Origin: Scyliorhinus canicula
Lineage: Eukaryota
Reading direction: 5' to 3'
Length of the DNA stretch: 64,000 nt
Assembly (NCBI RefSeq): GCF_902713615.1
Contig: NC_052152.1
Span: 47,777,810 to 47,841,809, forward strand
Shown here: piece by piece, positions 12,922 to 25,485 of the stretch
Position numbering within the stretch: position 1 is the stretch's first letter
Layout of the letters: the number at the start of each line of letters is the position of its first letter
The notes under the pieces: model-generated
The model's input: the letters and a program-made list of their open reading frames with translations, nothing else
Database searches by the model: none
What the model was told of the DNA's origin: nothing
Program-made: the position numbers and the translations under genes

Positions 12922-14290
12922 TGAATGTATATTGCTTAATTCACACTATATAGCATTGTGTCCTTGTGGGCTCTGTCTGTGAGCCGTTGTGCGGCTCTGC
13001 CCACAGAGGGAAATGAGGAGATAGGACAGGGCCCACTTGGTCAAGGCTTCTAGGCCCTTTGAACGCCTTGCGATCGATTTCAAAGGGCCACTCCCCTCCA
13101 CTAACAAGAACATTTATTTCCTCAACATCGTAGGTGAGTTCTCCCGATTCCCTTTTGCCATTCCGTGCCCCGACGTGACCTCCCATACAGTCATTAGGGC
13201 CCTGCATAGTGTCTTCACCCTGTTCGGTTTCCCTAGCTACGTGCACAGCGACCGGGGTTCGTCCTTTATGAGCGATGAGCTGCGCCAGTACCTGCTCGAC
13301 AAGGGCATCGCCTCGAGCAGGACTACCAGCTGCAACCCCAGGGGGAACGGGCAGGTGGAGAGGGAGAATATGACGGTCTGGAAGACCGTCCTACTGACCC
13401 TCCGGTCTAGAAAACTCCAAGTCTCCCAATGGCAAGAAGTCCTCCCAGACGCGCTCCATGCAATTAGATCACTCCTCTGTACAGCGACCAATCAAACCCC
13501 TCACAAGCGGCTCTTCATTTTTTCTAGGGGCACTACAACGGGGGTCTCACTTCCGGCGTGGCTGAGGACACCAGGCCCGGTTCTCCTGAGGAAGCACGTC
13601 AGGGCGCACAAAACCGACCCCCTTGTTGAAAAGGTGCGCCTCCTCCATTCCAACCCCCAGTACGCATTCGTGGAGTTCCCTGACGGTCGCCAGGTCACAG
13701 TATCCCTTCGGGACCTGGCACCCGCTGGATCCAACCCCCCCCCTACCCCCACTGAAGAACCCCTTACCCCATTCCCTATGCTGCCGCCCCCTCGCGCCCC
13801 CGATTCCACAAGCTCGCCCCACCGGTTCCACGCACCAGCACCAGCCCGCCCCCAGTCTCCGGTCGAGCCAGAGGTGTATGAATTTTGGACGAGACCCGCC
13901 ACGGAGTCTGCCATCGTACCCCAGCTCTCAACACCCACCCAGCCACCGCAAGAGGCTGCAACCCCAGTGCTCCGCAGATCGCAACGAACAATTCGTTCAC
14001 CGGACAGACTAACTCTGTGAGCCACCACCCCGCAGGACTTGATTTTTTTCGCACTACCTGGCCACCAGGGGCAGTAGCTCTGGGAGTACTCGAGAGTTTG
14101 TTCTGGGCTCCCCCCTTGGCTCCGCCCAGAACTCCTCCCCCTGGAGCTGCTGTATAAAGATCCGTGCCACAGAGTCAGCCAGCACGTTCACCGAAAGTTC
14201 AACGGCTAACAGGCTGGCTCTGTTGTAAGTATATTAAAACTGCTATTCTACTCCTACAAGCATGTGTCCGTAGAATTGATGGTTCCATCA
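12922..14290 (+). mobile_element. Related Gypsy remnant in opposite orientation: LTR 5' piece (12922-13019), integrase, partial LTR (about 14050-14290)
   Basis: The first about 100 bp are the reverse complement of 11465-11560; ends AATTGATGGTTCCATCA, like the other LTR. Confidence 0.8.
13037..14020 (+). pseudogene. Retrotransposon integrase core (rve) open frame, 5'-truncated
   Basis: PFERLAIDFKGPLP, HSDRGSSF, NGQVERENMT (D,D35E); Pro-rich tail ending LRRSQRTIRSPDRL. Confidence 0.85.
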
Positions 14291-14559
14291 CATGTCTACA
14301 CACATAGATGGTGATAGTTCCAGAAGACAGCTTCCCACCACCTTCTCAAGGGTAATTAGGGATGGATAAAAATGTTGCCCTTTGTAGTGGAACCTCATAC
14401 CTATGAACAAGTGATTTAACAAATCTCCCCCCTTCCAGTTTCCCTCCCTCCCCAAGTCTCCCCATCCCTCCCCACAAAGTCTCCCTCCCCCTCAAGTCCC
14501 TGGAAAGAAGGTGTGCAAGAAAAGTAGGGAAGGAAATATATGAGGAGAGATAGTAGTAC

Positions 14560-15890
14560 TGATTAAAGAGAATGTTGCAGTCCTGGACAGAGAGAAAGGA
14601 TGTCCTCGAGGGGTTGAGGACTGAATCTAGTTGGTTTGGAGTCAAGAAACAGATGATCTATTACACTTTCGGCTGCATTCTGTAGGCCAACAATTTAGTG
14701 AGAACGATGTAGAGGGGGACGTTTGTAATCAGATTACAGTGAGGTGCAAAAACTACAGAGTAGTGAGAATAGGGAAATTTAATTCTCTTAATGTATACTA
14801 GGATAGCAACTGTGTCAAGGGCAGAGAAAGGGAAGAGTTTCCAAAGTGAGATTAGATCAGAATATCTCCCAGCTAACGAGGAAGTATTGCAGGATCTGAT
14901 TCTGGAGAATGAGGTGGGTTCAGTAGAAGTAGGAAACAGTGATCACAGTATCACGATGTTTAGGTTAGCAATGAATATGTGGGGGTGCCCAGGGATCGGT
15001 ATGAGGACCACTGGTTTTCCTGATCTATATTAATGAACAGGGCTCAATTTCAAACTTCAGATTTTGAACCACTGTGAATGGTGGTGAAGGTAGTGATAGA
15101 GGACATAGGCAAGCAAACTGAATGGGCAGAATTAAATTTAATGCAGAGAAGTATGAAGCAATACATTTTGGTAGGAAGAATGATGAAAGATAATATAAAA
15201 TAAAGGACACAATTCTAAAATGGGTGTATGAGCGAGCTATCTGGGGGTAAAAGTGAATGAATCTTTGAAGGTAGCAGGGCAAGTTGTTAAAGTGGTGAAT
15301 ATGCATATGGGATCCTGAACTTTATACACAGAAGCATGGAGTGCAAATGATGGAAGTTATGATAAACCTTTACAAATCACCAGTTTGGCCTCAACTGGAG
15401 TATTGGGTTCAATTCTGGCACTTCACTGTAGGAAGGATGCAAAGGTATTTGAGAGGGCCCAGAAATGATTCATGAGAATAGCTCCAGAGATGAGAGTCTT
15501 CAGTTACATGGATGGACTGGAGAAGTTGAAGCTGTGTTTCTTGGAGTCGAGATTTTACAGAGGGGTTTAGACAGAGTAGAGAGAGGAACTGTCCCCATTG
15601 GTAGAAAAGTCAAGGACCAGAGATCATCAATTAAGGATAAATCACAAAAAGATCCAACGGCAACAGGAGGACAAACTTTGAGGCAGCTAGTGGTTAGACT
15701 CTGGAGTGTAGTAACAGAGTTTGGAGGAGGCAGATTCAACTTGGCTTTCAAAAGGGAATTGGAAAAGTATCCAAGGAGAAAAGAAAGATTTTCAGAGTAC
15801 AGGTAAAGGGCAGGGGAATGGAACTGCTCTTGCAAAGAGCAGGTATCGGCACACAAGATCTGATTAGCCTCCTCCCATGCTGCAGCCATT
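14560..15890 (+). mobile_element. Degenerate CR1 LINE fragments
   Basis: Remnants such as GNSDHSITMF and AAATTTAATGCAGAGAAG..CATTTTGGTAGGAAGAA; CR1-like 3' end. Confidence 0.7.
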
Positions 15891-15914
15891 CTATTCAAAC
15901 AGTATTATACTTAC

Positions 15915-16007
15915 AACTTTTATTTCCTCCTTCACGCAGACAGGAATTCCATCCAGTGGGGAAAGAGGTGCATTGGCTCTATATCGAGCAGTGGAGGCTT
16001 CTGCCAT
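15915..16007 (-). CDS. Amidase-signature (plant-FAAH-like) gene, coding exon 7, with the putative catalytic Lys
   Basis: ag|MAEASTARYRANAPLSPLDGIPVCVKEEIKV|gtaagt; LDGIPV.VK is the amidase Lys motif; phase 0-0. Confidence 0.92.
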
Positions 16008-17472
16008 CTACACATCAGAACAGAATGTCAGAGTGTTGAAAAATAGCAGAATAACAATGCTGACACATAATTTTATCTCACCGTGATTCAAACATTTTCT
16101 GGTGTTACCAGACACTTCATTGATGCGTCAGTACAAAGGCTGCCCCAAAACACCTTATCAGGCACTTTTCCACCTATTTCTCTCTATCATTCCCTTCAAC
16201 AAAAATGTATTCAGAGGCACATAGATAAAACAGCAACATAAAGGACAGAGTGGAAATTAAATGTGATAAGACCCGCTGATGTAGAAGGATGGCACTGCAC
16301 AAAAGTGGATAGATAAGCAGAGAGCCAACAGATTGGAGGGTGGGGGGGGGGTGAACAGTTAGATAGAAATAGCTAACACACAAAGTTGCAAGTTCAGAGA
16401 AATAGAAATAACTTTTCATAAAGCAAGACCAGAATGCTGCTCAGCATTTATCTGCCATATGATTCACAAGCAGGTTCCTCACTTTGACTGCTGGTTTGGC
16501 TGCTAACATTTCCATTTACATCCATTGACTGATGATGTAGCACATTGACATAGGAGAGCAAAATGACCTGCTGTACATTTTGCATTTGCTTTTAGCTAGC
16601 ATCTCAGACAATCAGCCCTTTCATTACTACCATTTAAAAGTACAGCATGTATTGTTCTCACTAATGATAAGTCGAACAGTGTGTAATCTATGGAATTGGC
16701 CACCAGTATTTATTCTTGCAGTGAAGTTTGGAGTACCTACAGCTTGTGAGAAGAGTCTCTATTTTGCCAGGAGTGCTTCCACTGCTGGGCCTAGAATGGA
16801 ACACCAATATTCCACAATGACGTTTGGCTCCTTTACAAGGACCACGTTGGAAGCAGGGTCCATAGTATTAACGCAGTTCCTGGTCATGTGCTGATAAACT
16901 AGAACTGCTGGCAAAAGCTTACTACTCGCGTTCCTTTCATAGTCAGTAAACGGCACAGTTAGCTGGAACTCTTTTTTTTTTGCCCGATCTACTGCTATCA
17001 CAGGATTCCAAAGTAACTGTTAGCGAAGGTCACATTAAATGAACATTGCAAAAGTTCAACTCCTGCCCCTGCCCAGTTACTGCAAACAAGATTGTTCTGC
17101 CAAATATACACATATACTTTGCAGTCCACAAAAATCAAATTCACTTCTGAAGTTCAATTCTTCACTTTACCCACTTCTTCTCAAATCAAAATTGATAATC
17201 TGCGAACAATGCCAATTCCATGACTCAGGAGGGAGTGACAACTCCAGTGATCGCAAAATATTAGGTTTGGTAGCTGCAATTCTCTGGTCTACATTTCCTG
17301 TTTTTGACTATCTTTATTATTATTATTGTTTATATTTACCTAAAGTGTGCAGTTAAAAAATAGAGCAACAGGAATGTGAATGTACAAGGAGTGGAGGAGA
17401 GTTGATTAATTAAATGCAGCTCCTCCAAAGGCTTAAAGCAAAACATAATGCCAAGTATCAGGTTCAATCCTA

Positions 17473-17697
17473 AGGGGCGGCATGTGGCTAGCACTGCTGC
17501 CTCACAGCAGCGAGGACCCACGTTCGATCCTGGCCCTGGGTCACTGTCCATGTGGAGTTCACACATTCTCCCAGTGTCTGCCTGGGTCTCATTCCCACAA
17601 CCCAAAAAGATGTGCAGGGTAGGTGAATTGTCCACGCTAAATTGCCCCTTAAATTGGAAAACAAGAATTGGGTACTCTAAGTTTATATTTTTTTAAA
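17473..17697 (+). mobile_element. tRNA-derived SINE
   Basis: Same family as 5693; TSD ATCAGGTTCAATCCT on both sides. Confidence 0.88.
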
Positions 17698-18289
17698 ATC
17701 AGGTTCAATCCTTAATCTGTACAATATCAGTGGATCTAAAGAGTGCTACAATAATCAGCATCTCTACGTTAGGGGGAGGCAGGTTAAATATAATTTATGC
17801 TCCAGATAACAATCAGATAACAATATAGACAGGTTGCATCAGCGCAACAGTGATGGTCAATTTTATCAACAATCACTGTTTCGGCTCATGAAAAGCAGCA
17901 CATGAAATGAGGGCTTGCAACATTTCCAGCACCTATGAAAACTTCCCCAACAGGAACCAAGTGAGAGGTGAATGGGTGAAACCCACAGAGGTATAAGGAA
18001 AGAAATCTTATACACAGAGAAACAATGGCACAGTGAATGAACAACGAAGAGAAATCCAAATATGCTCAGTGATAGAGAGTATATGAGAAAATCACAGACA
18101 TATAGAGACAGAGATTAACTTTGATCCTTTATTTGTGGTACTGAGCCATCTACAAAAGGACCACTTGAAAACATAAAAACGAAAGCATTTTTGTTCCAGA
18201 TGTTCAGAATTGGCTTCAACAACATTAATCATGTGCATCATGACACAATGATTGTGTGTAATAATGATTGTGTGTAATAATATTATGTT

Positions 18290-18620
18290 TAGAATTTAGA
18301 ACAGTACAGCACAGAACAGGCCCTTCAGCCCTCAATGTTGTGCCGAGCAATGATCACCCTACTTAAACCCACGTAACCCGTATACCCGTAACCCAACAAT
18401 CCCCCCATTAACCTTACACTACGGGCAATTTAGCATGGCCAATCCACCTAACCCGCACATCTTTGGATTGTGGGAGGAAACCGGAGCACCCGGAGGAAAC
18501 CCACGCACACACAGGGAGGACGTGCAGACTCCACACAGACAGTGACCCAGCCGGGAATCGAACCTGGGACCCTGGAGCTGTGAAGCATTGATGCTAACCA
18601 CCATGCTACCGTGAGGCCCC
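18290..18620 (-). mobile_element. tRNA-derived SINE with CR1-like 3' tail
   Basis: Reverse-complement A/B boxes and V-domain; tail GGGCCTGTTCTGTGCTGTACTGTTCT. Confidence 0.85.
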
Positions 18621-18756
18621 AAATGTTGTTTATGTTGTTTGATAAAATTTGGATTACACACTTTAGCCATAAATATCTCCCCATTGATCATTGCTGGTCC
18701 ACAGTCCAAGTAAGGAGGATTAATATTGTCTTTGATAAACCAAAAATATTACCAAC

Positions 18757-18877
18757 CTTGATTATCTCGTCACCCTCATACTGCACAATAGCACGCAATG
18801 GAGTAACTGCTTGATCAGCATCTTCCAGGGCGCTGATTATATTCTTAGCAACCTGGGTTGGAGTAATCTTACCTGAT
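18757..18877 (-). CDS. Amidase gene coding exon 6
   Basis: tttttcag|A-SGKITPTQVAKNIISALEDADQAVTPLRAIVQYEGDEIIK|gttggt; phase 2-0 fits neighbours. Confidence 0.9.
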
Positions 18878-19909
18878 CTGAAAAAGTACAAAATTGTATG
18901 GGTTAGAATAATTTATTTTAATATATTGATAATTGATTGATTAGCCAATATTAAACATTATCAGCAAGCTATTCAATGTCCCACTTCTTTCACTGAAAAA
19001 TCAAAGAAATTTCAAGAAAATCAAAGGCTATTAAGTATTAATTTAATCCTCAATCTTGCTTCTCAGCAGTTTTCACTGGAACTTACTTTCAAACCAACCC
19101 TGAATCAACTCTCATTTCTAAGAATTTATTTCAGAAACCCATTAGTCTGTCAGAGCAAAATAGATGTTTTCTGAATGATTACATTGTTCCCGACTTGTAA
19201 GTCCTCGTCATTATTGTCTTAATAACAAATTTGAAACTTCAAACAAACTTCAGCAATTTATACAGCTTCTGTTGAAGTAATTTGACTACAGTAGTTTGCA
19301 GTCTTAAACCATTTCTGTCATAGATGACAGCTGTTCATAATAAGGACCCTGTTGGAAAAGGAGATGGTCATTGTGGGATGACAGGTGACAGCAATTGTGG
19401 TTAATATTATTAAACAAGATTTATTAGGTTGTAATCATTTGGCACTTCAGCCAATTATATCCTTACTTGTTCTTCGGGATCTATATTTGTAGATAGAAGC
19501 CAAACTGTACTTTTGTTCCTCAGATAATTTTCCAAAACACTGAACACACTGTTCCTATCACTGGAATTGTCAATTTGTTTTCTTCAGTAAGACATTGATG
19601 TTTAAACTCTGGTCTAGTATAGATTAACATCTATAGCTTCCAATGTTGATCATAAATATTACTTTGTGATAAGCAGACGCTTCCAATGGATTCTAATTCT
19701 ACATGTACAGAATATTTGGGTCGGAGGGGCATGAGGTGGTTGAGTGGCACTGGTACAGCATCCTATGATATCACTGATATTTTCAGAGCCACTGAACTGC
19801 TAGATATCTTTTTTGGTGGGATGGGTCGGGGGGAGGGGGGGGGGCGGGAAGAAGAGGCTTTAAGGAAATAATGAAATTATGAAATGACATTTTACACCTA
19901 CATACATAC

Positions 19910-19972
19910 TTGTATCCTTCCAAGAAATCAGAGATGCTTTTGAAGTTAAATCCAGGTCTCTCTTCAGTCACA
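19910..19972 (-). CDS. Amidase gene coding exon 5
   Basis: ttgcag|T-VTEERPGFNFKSISDFLEGY-AA|gtatgt; phase 2-2. Confidence 0.85.
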
Positions 19973-20834
19973 CTGCAAATTATATACAAAAATATCACTC
20001 TTAGCAAATCAAAACCATTTATACCAAAAACATCATAGCCCAAAGGTTAGACTATGCAACCTGTAAATCTATCACTTTTTACATGAAAGACTGAACACTA
20101 TAAATATTCATGAGCAAAGATTTCCCTTCATAGTTTCTTTGCACTGTCATACCACCGGCTATTTTCTTCTAAAAACCTATCTGTGTTCTCTTTGTGAGTG
20201 CTGTGTCCATTAAGGAGTATAGAAGGTCACAAGGTAATTATTGATGACAAAAGCAGTCAACTCATTTAAAGTTTTCCATCCTGTAAAATCTTCCAGTTTC
20301 CCCACTGCAGAATTCAACTGTCTCTTAAATGCTTCCAGGGTACTCACGGAGTGCTCTTTCTGGCAATTTATTCAATAATACCAAACAACATTTATCTTTT
20401 GCTGTTGTCTCTTTACAATTTTAATTTAAGTAACATTCAAGATTTACTTTTCCATTTCATTAACTATGATTTCCATATCTCTATAAAAGATCACCCCAGA
20501 TACACTCATCCAAGCTGAAAGCCAAAGTCTTTAATATTTATCATGACATTTCGTAACCAGCCTCATGGGTCTTCTCAACACTGTCTCCAGCGCTTGAATT
20601 TTACCTTTCTGTTTCAGAGGCCAGAATGCACTGTGATATCAAAATAGCTTCAGAATATGGAGTCACTGGCAACAGCAGTGTTTATTTCTCATTGCTAGGA
20701 AGATGATGGTGGGTCTCACGAGAGTACAGTACGGCGTAAAAAGGATTTCTTCTGATTTATATGCAGCTCGGTTCAACAATTTGTTGGGTCGGCAGGTTGC
20801 TGTGCTGCTCTGGTTGGACATAGTTAGAGACAAA

Positions 20835-21140
20835 GTGCGGCATGGTAGCACACTGGTTACCACTGCTGCTTCACAGCACCAAGGACCCGGGTTCGATTCC
20901 CAGCCTGGATCACTGTCTGTGCAGAGTCTGCACGTTCTCTCCGTGTCTGGGTGGGTTTCCTCCAGGTGCTCTGGTTTCCTCCCACAAGTCCCGAAAGATT
21001 TGCTTGTTAGATGAAGTGGATATTCGGAATACTCCCTCAGTGTACCCGAACAGGCGCCGGAATGTGACCAATAGGGGTTTTTCACAGTAACTTCATTACA
21101 GTGTTAATGTAAGCCTACTTGTGACACTAATAAAGATTAC
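20835..21140 (+). mobile_element. tRNA-derived SINE
   Basis: GGTTCGATTCC B box, V-domain, GTGACACTAATAAAGATT tail. Confidence 0.85.
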
Positions 21141-22130
21141 TGAATTCTCCGTCAGAATCAGGAAACGCGATTGAGCAAAGAATCATTTTTGACGCCAAAA
21201 TCGTGGCAGGCACCGTTTCACACCAAATCGCAATTCTCCGATACCTCGACAGCGACGACAATGCGTTCCAGAACGCACGTACAGTAAACACTGGCATATC
21301 ATTAGGGGGCCTGACCCGGTATTCTCCAGGGGCTGGTTTAGCATGGTGGGTTAAATAGCTGGCTTGCAATGCAGAACATTGCCAGCAGTGCAGGTTCAAT
21401 TCTCATACCGGCCTCCCCGAACAGACTCCGGAATGTGGTAACTAAGGGCTTTTCACAGTAACTTAATTGAAGCCTACATGTGACAATAAGGGATTATTAT
21501 CATTCTCCGCCTCCGCTGGGGCGAATTCCTGACGGCGAAGTTCACTTGAGCTTTTAAAAATCGTGAAACAGATGCCGTAACTGCTGAGGGGAAGAGAGGG
21601 GGTACGGAAAGTGTCCGATATCGCCATAGCTTTCTGATGGTCGTGCTGATGGTCACGAGGCTTCTGCCAGGGCCAGGGGAAGTAGTGGGGCTGACCAGGA
21701 AGTGGGCTGTGGAGTTGGGGGTGGGGGCATGGAGCACCATTGCCGCAGCCTGCAAGGCAGCCATGCAGCTGCGCAGACCGCTGACTGCCCACTGTGAACT
21801 TAGCGCCACGTGTCGTTTGGGTGTCCCCCATGGTACCCCCTCTAGGTGCTCTGACCCCAGCCGACCCATCAGCTGTATGGGCACGCTCCAGCGCAACCAG
21901 TGCCACCTTGTCGGCTGGGATGAGAGCATGTGGGCCTGTAATGTATATATGCAGTTGCAGCTTGTCAGCCACCCAAGTCTCAATCACCGTTTCTCATTGG
22001 AATCGATTGTGTTCCACGAGGCGCCGATGCGAGCCCTTCAATGGTCGCTCAATCGGTCCAGGTGCGGCACCAATTTTGTTGTTGTGGAAGTCCTGCCCTG
22101 GTGTCAACACTTAGGAACAGAGAATCCCGC
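21141..22130. mobile_element. GC-rich MITE-like element with an internal short SINE (about 21328-21502)
   Basis: Ends resemble GAATTCTCCG / GAGAATCCCGC; ATTCTCC on both sides of the SINE. Confidence 0.65.
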
Positions 22131-23276
22131 AAGTCATATTGGCAAGTCATATTGCAGCTGTACAGACCTTAGTTAGGCCACACTTGGAGTATAGTATTCA
22201 ATTCTGGTCGCCACACTACCAGAAGGATGTGAAGGCTTTAGAGAGGGTTCAGAAGAGAAGGCAAGTATGCCGTATGCCTTCTTGACTACCTTCTCCACCT
22301 GTGTTGCCCCTTTCAGTGACCTGTGGACCTGTACACCAAGATCTCTCGGACTGTCAATACTCTTGAGGGTTAGCCTCAGGCATCCACAGAAATTCTGAAT
22401 AACTAACTAAATTAATGGATGATAGTAATCAAATGATTATAGCTTGTTTGGAATTTCATAAAGATGAGTTTTGTATACAAGATGAGAGGGTTAATGTTCA
22501 TGAAGTTAAGAGAAAATTAGCTATCTGTTTGAGAGCTGTTTGATAATGTAGGACAGAAAGAGAAATAAAAAGGCAATCTCTGGGTGAGGCAGGAATGTTT
22601 TGTGCTCCCTGCTGTTTACACTAGACATGTTACAGATGTTGAAAGTTGTAATTACATGACTTGCACAAGGGAAATAATATCTTCAAAGGAAGCTCGACAA
22701 AATAAGCTGTCTCCTCATACTTTAAGGTGCTGAATGCACCCAACCAGAATTTGAATCAAGAACTTTGTACCAACTAGCTGTGTTGCCCAACATTAGTTCC
22801 TGCAATATGCTAGTTTCTGAGTTTTTGAAACAGAGTGATTTATCTTAGCAACAAGTTTTATTTTGTCCATTGTGAGGTCTTAAGCAAAGCAATGAGCACA
22901 AGGATTAAAAGGAGACTTTATCTGATATTCAAAGCCATAATTTTACTAGGTTTATGAACAAGGCATTAAAGGGTTACCTTCTTTGCAAATTATTGTTTAG
23001 TTATGATTAGTACATTCTATCAAAATAACTTGCTATTAAATAATTCCAATTTAAACCAGATTGTCGATTGTACATTACTGATTAGTGAATAATCCTAATA
23101 GGAAACTTTATTTACAATTCATTTATTAGAATCGACTGCCAGAGAATCAAAGCAAGAGATCAACATTAATGATTCCACCACTGGGTTTAGGTTTTTACGT
23201 ATATTCAAGCAACTGGAAGCAAAAGCATCTATTAAAAACATATTTGATCAAAACTTACCCAACCCTTCATACCCAC

Positions 23277-23417
23277 CTCAGCTGCAGGACTTCATTCAGA
23301 ATGCTGTCACTTCTTCCCTCTCTTGGTGGTTCAATGTTGCTCTCAGGGACAACAACAGGAATAAATACTGGGTCTTCTGGAATAACTAGGCGTCGCAGCA
23401 AGGTAATGTTGGTCATC
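23277..23417 (-). CDS. Amidase gene coding exon 4
   Basis: ttctag|G-MTNITLLRRLVIPEDPVFIPVVVPESNIEPPREGRSDSILNEVLQL-AG|gtgggt; IPEDPVF.P resembles plant FAAH IPEEPMF.P. Confidence 0.88.
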
Positions 23418-23452
23418 CTAGAAAAAGGACATGACATTTTTCAATTATTACA

Positions 23453-24757
23453 AAGAACAAAAAGAACAAAGAAAAGTACAGCACAGGAACAGGCCCTTCG
23501 ACCCTCCAAGCCTGTGCTGACCATGCTGCCCGTCTAAACTAAAATTGTCTACAATTCCGGGGTTCGTATCCCTCGATTCCCATCCTATTCATGTATTTGT
23601 CAAGATGCCCCTTAAATGTCACTATCGTCCCTGCTTCCATCACCTCCTCTGGCAGCGAGTTCCAGCATCCACTACTCTCTGCATAAAAAAACATCCCTCG
23701 TACATCTCCTCTCAACCTTGCCCCTCGCACCTTAAACCTATGCCCCCTAGTAATTGACCCCTCTACCCTGGGGAAAAGCCTCTGACTATCCACTCTGTCT
23801 ATGCCCCACATAATTTTGTAGACCTCTATCAGGTCGCCCCTCAACCTCCTTCGTTCCAGTGAGAACAAATCAAGTTTATTCAACCTCTCCTCATAGCTAA
23901 TGCCCTCCATACCAGGTAACATCCTGGTAAATCTCTTCTGCACCCTCTCTAAAGCCTCCACATCCTTCTGATAGTGTGGCAACCAGAATTGAACACTATA
24001 CTCCAAGTGTGGCCTAACTAAGGTTCTATACAGCTGCAACATGACTTGCCAATTTTTATACTCAATGCCCCGGCCAATAAAGGCAAGCATGCCGTATGCC
24101 TTCTTGACTACCTTCTCCACCTGTGTTGCCCCTTTCAGTGACCTGTGGACCTGTACACCTAGATCTCTCTGACTGTCAATACTCTTGAGAGTTCTACCAT
24201 TCACTGTATATTCCCTACCTGCATTAGACCTTCCAAAATGCATTACCTCACATTTGTCCGGATTAAACTCCATCTGCCATCTCTCCGCCCAAGTCTCCAA
24301 ACAATCTAAATCCTGCTGTATCCTCTGACAGTCCTCATCGCTATCCACAATTCCACCAATCTTTGTGTCATCTGCAAACTTACTAATCAGACCAGTTACA
24401 TTTTCCTCCAAATCATTTATATATACTACGAACAACAAAGGTCCCAGCACTGATCCCTGCGGAACACAACTAGTCACAGCCCTCCAATCAGAAAAGCATC
24501 CTTCCATTGCTACTCTCTGCCTTCTATAACCTAGCCAGTTCTGTATCCATCTCGCCAGCTCACCTCTGATCCCGTGTGACTCCACCTTTTGTACCAAACT
24601 GCCATGAGGGATCTTGTCAAAGGCCTTACTGAAGTCCATATAGACAACATCCACTGCCCTACCTGCAACAATCATCTTTGTGACGTCCTCGAAAAACTCT
24701 ATAAAGTTAGTTAGACACGACCTCCCCTTCACAAAAATGTACTGCCTCTTGCTAATA
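23453..24757 (-). mobile_element. Young 5'-truncated CR1 LINE with a 397-aa RT frame (23539-24732)
   Basis: YMDFSKAFD, PQGSVLGP, KFADDTK, DLGVQV; repeated GAACAAA 3' end. Confidence 0.95.
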
Positions 24758-25447
24758 CAAATATTGTTCTTCCTTCTCTATATCCCTCTGCTTCTATCCA
24801 ACAAAGGTCATTCTAAACCAAGATGTTGAGCAGGGGATTGCTTTCAAAGCATTTTGTTTAACACATTATCATTGTCAAGTTTCTTACTAGGATTTAGTGC
24901 TCCTCCTAACAATTCTAAATTGCTTCACACCAAAGTTGGGAGTGTGAGTGCATTATTAAAACATGGGAGGGGATGGGGTCCAATACTGATTCTTAGTGCA
25001 CCCCACTCAAAGCAGCTGAATAGACAGTCTCAACCTTAATGCCAAAATATACCATAAGGTCCTTGCACTTCTTGCACAGCAGGGCTTGAAATGGCAGGGA
25101 CGGAAGTGGGTGTACTAACCAGGCTAGTAGAAATTAGATTACTAAATAGTCTAGACTTTGCAACCAGTGACAAATCAGTGCTGCTCATTGTTGATCTCAC
25201 ACAAAGCTACCTGAAAAGATCTCACAATCGCTGCGACGTGGATTTCACCTTTACTAATATTAATATGACTCTCTTGCCAACTACAAAGATCTGCAGGGGC
25301 AAGTCCAATAATTGGTAGGTGCGATTTGTTTGCTGTGATAGTTAATTCTGGCCCATTATCATAGAGTGAGTCAATGGTCACCAGTCCATATAATTGACAT
25401 GTGATGTCATCCATACTGAAGGATCATGACATGTGCAAATACTGTAC

Positions 25448-25485
25448 CTCATGATCAGTGGAACTAAAATCAGCTGTCCAAAGAT
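25448..25485 (-). CDS. Amidase gene coding exon 3 (38 bp)
   Basis: tttttcag|IFGQLILVPLIM-AG|gtacag; phase 0-2 exactly bridges exons 2 and 4. Confidence 0.8.

Noticed and set aside
7450-15900. Search for amidase exon 8 (expected ..NMHE.G.G.TG.N..)
   Set aside because: No such exon found; it is presumably beyond the window start.
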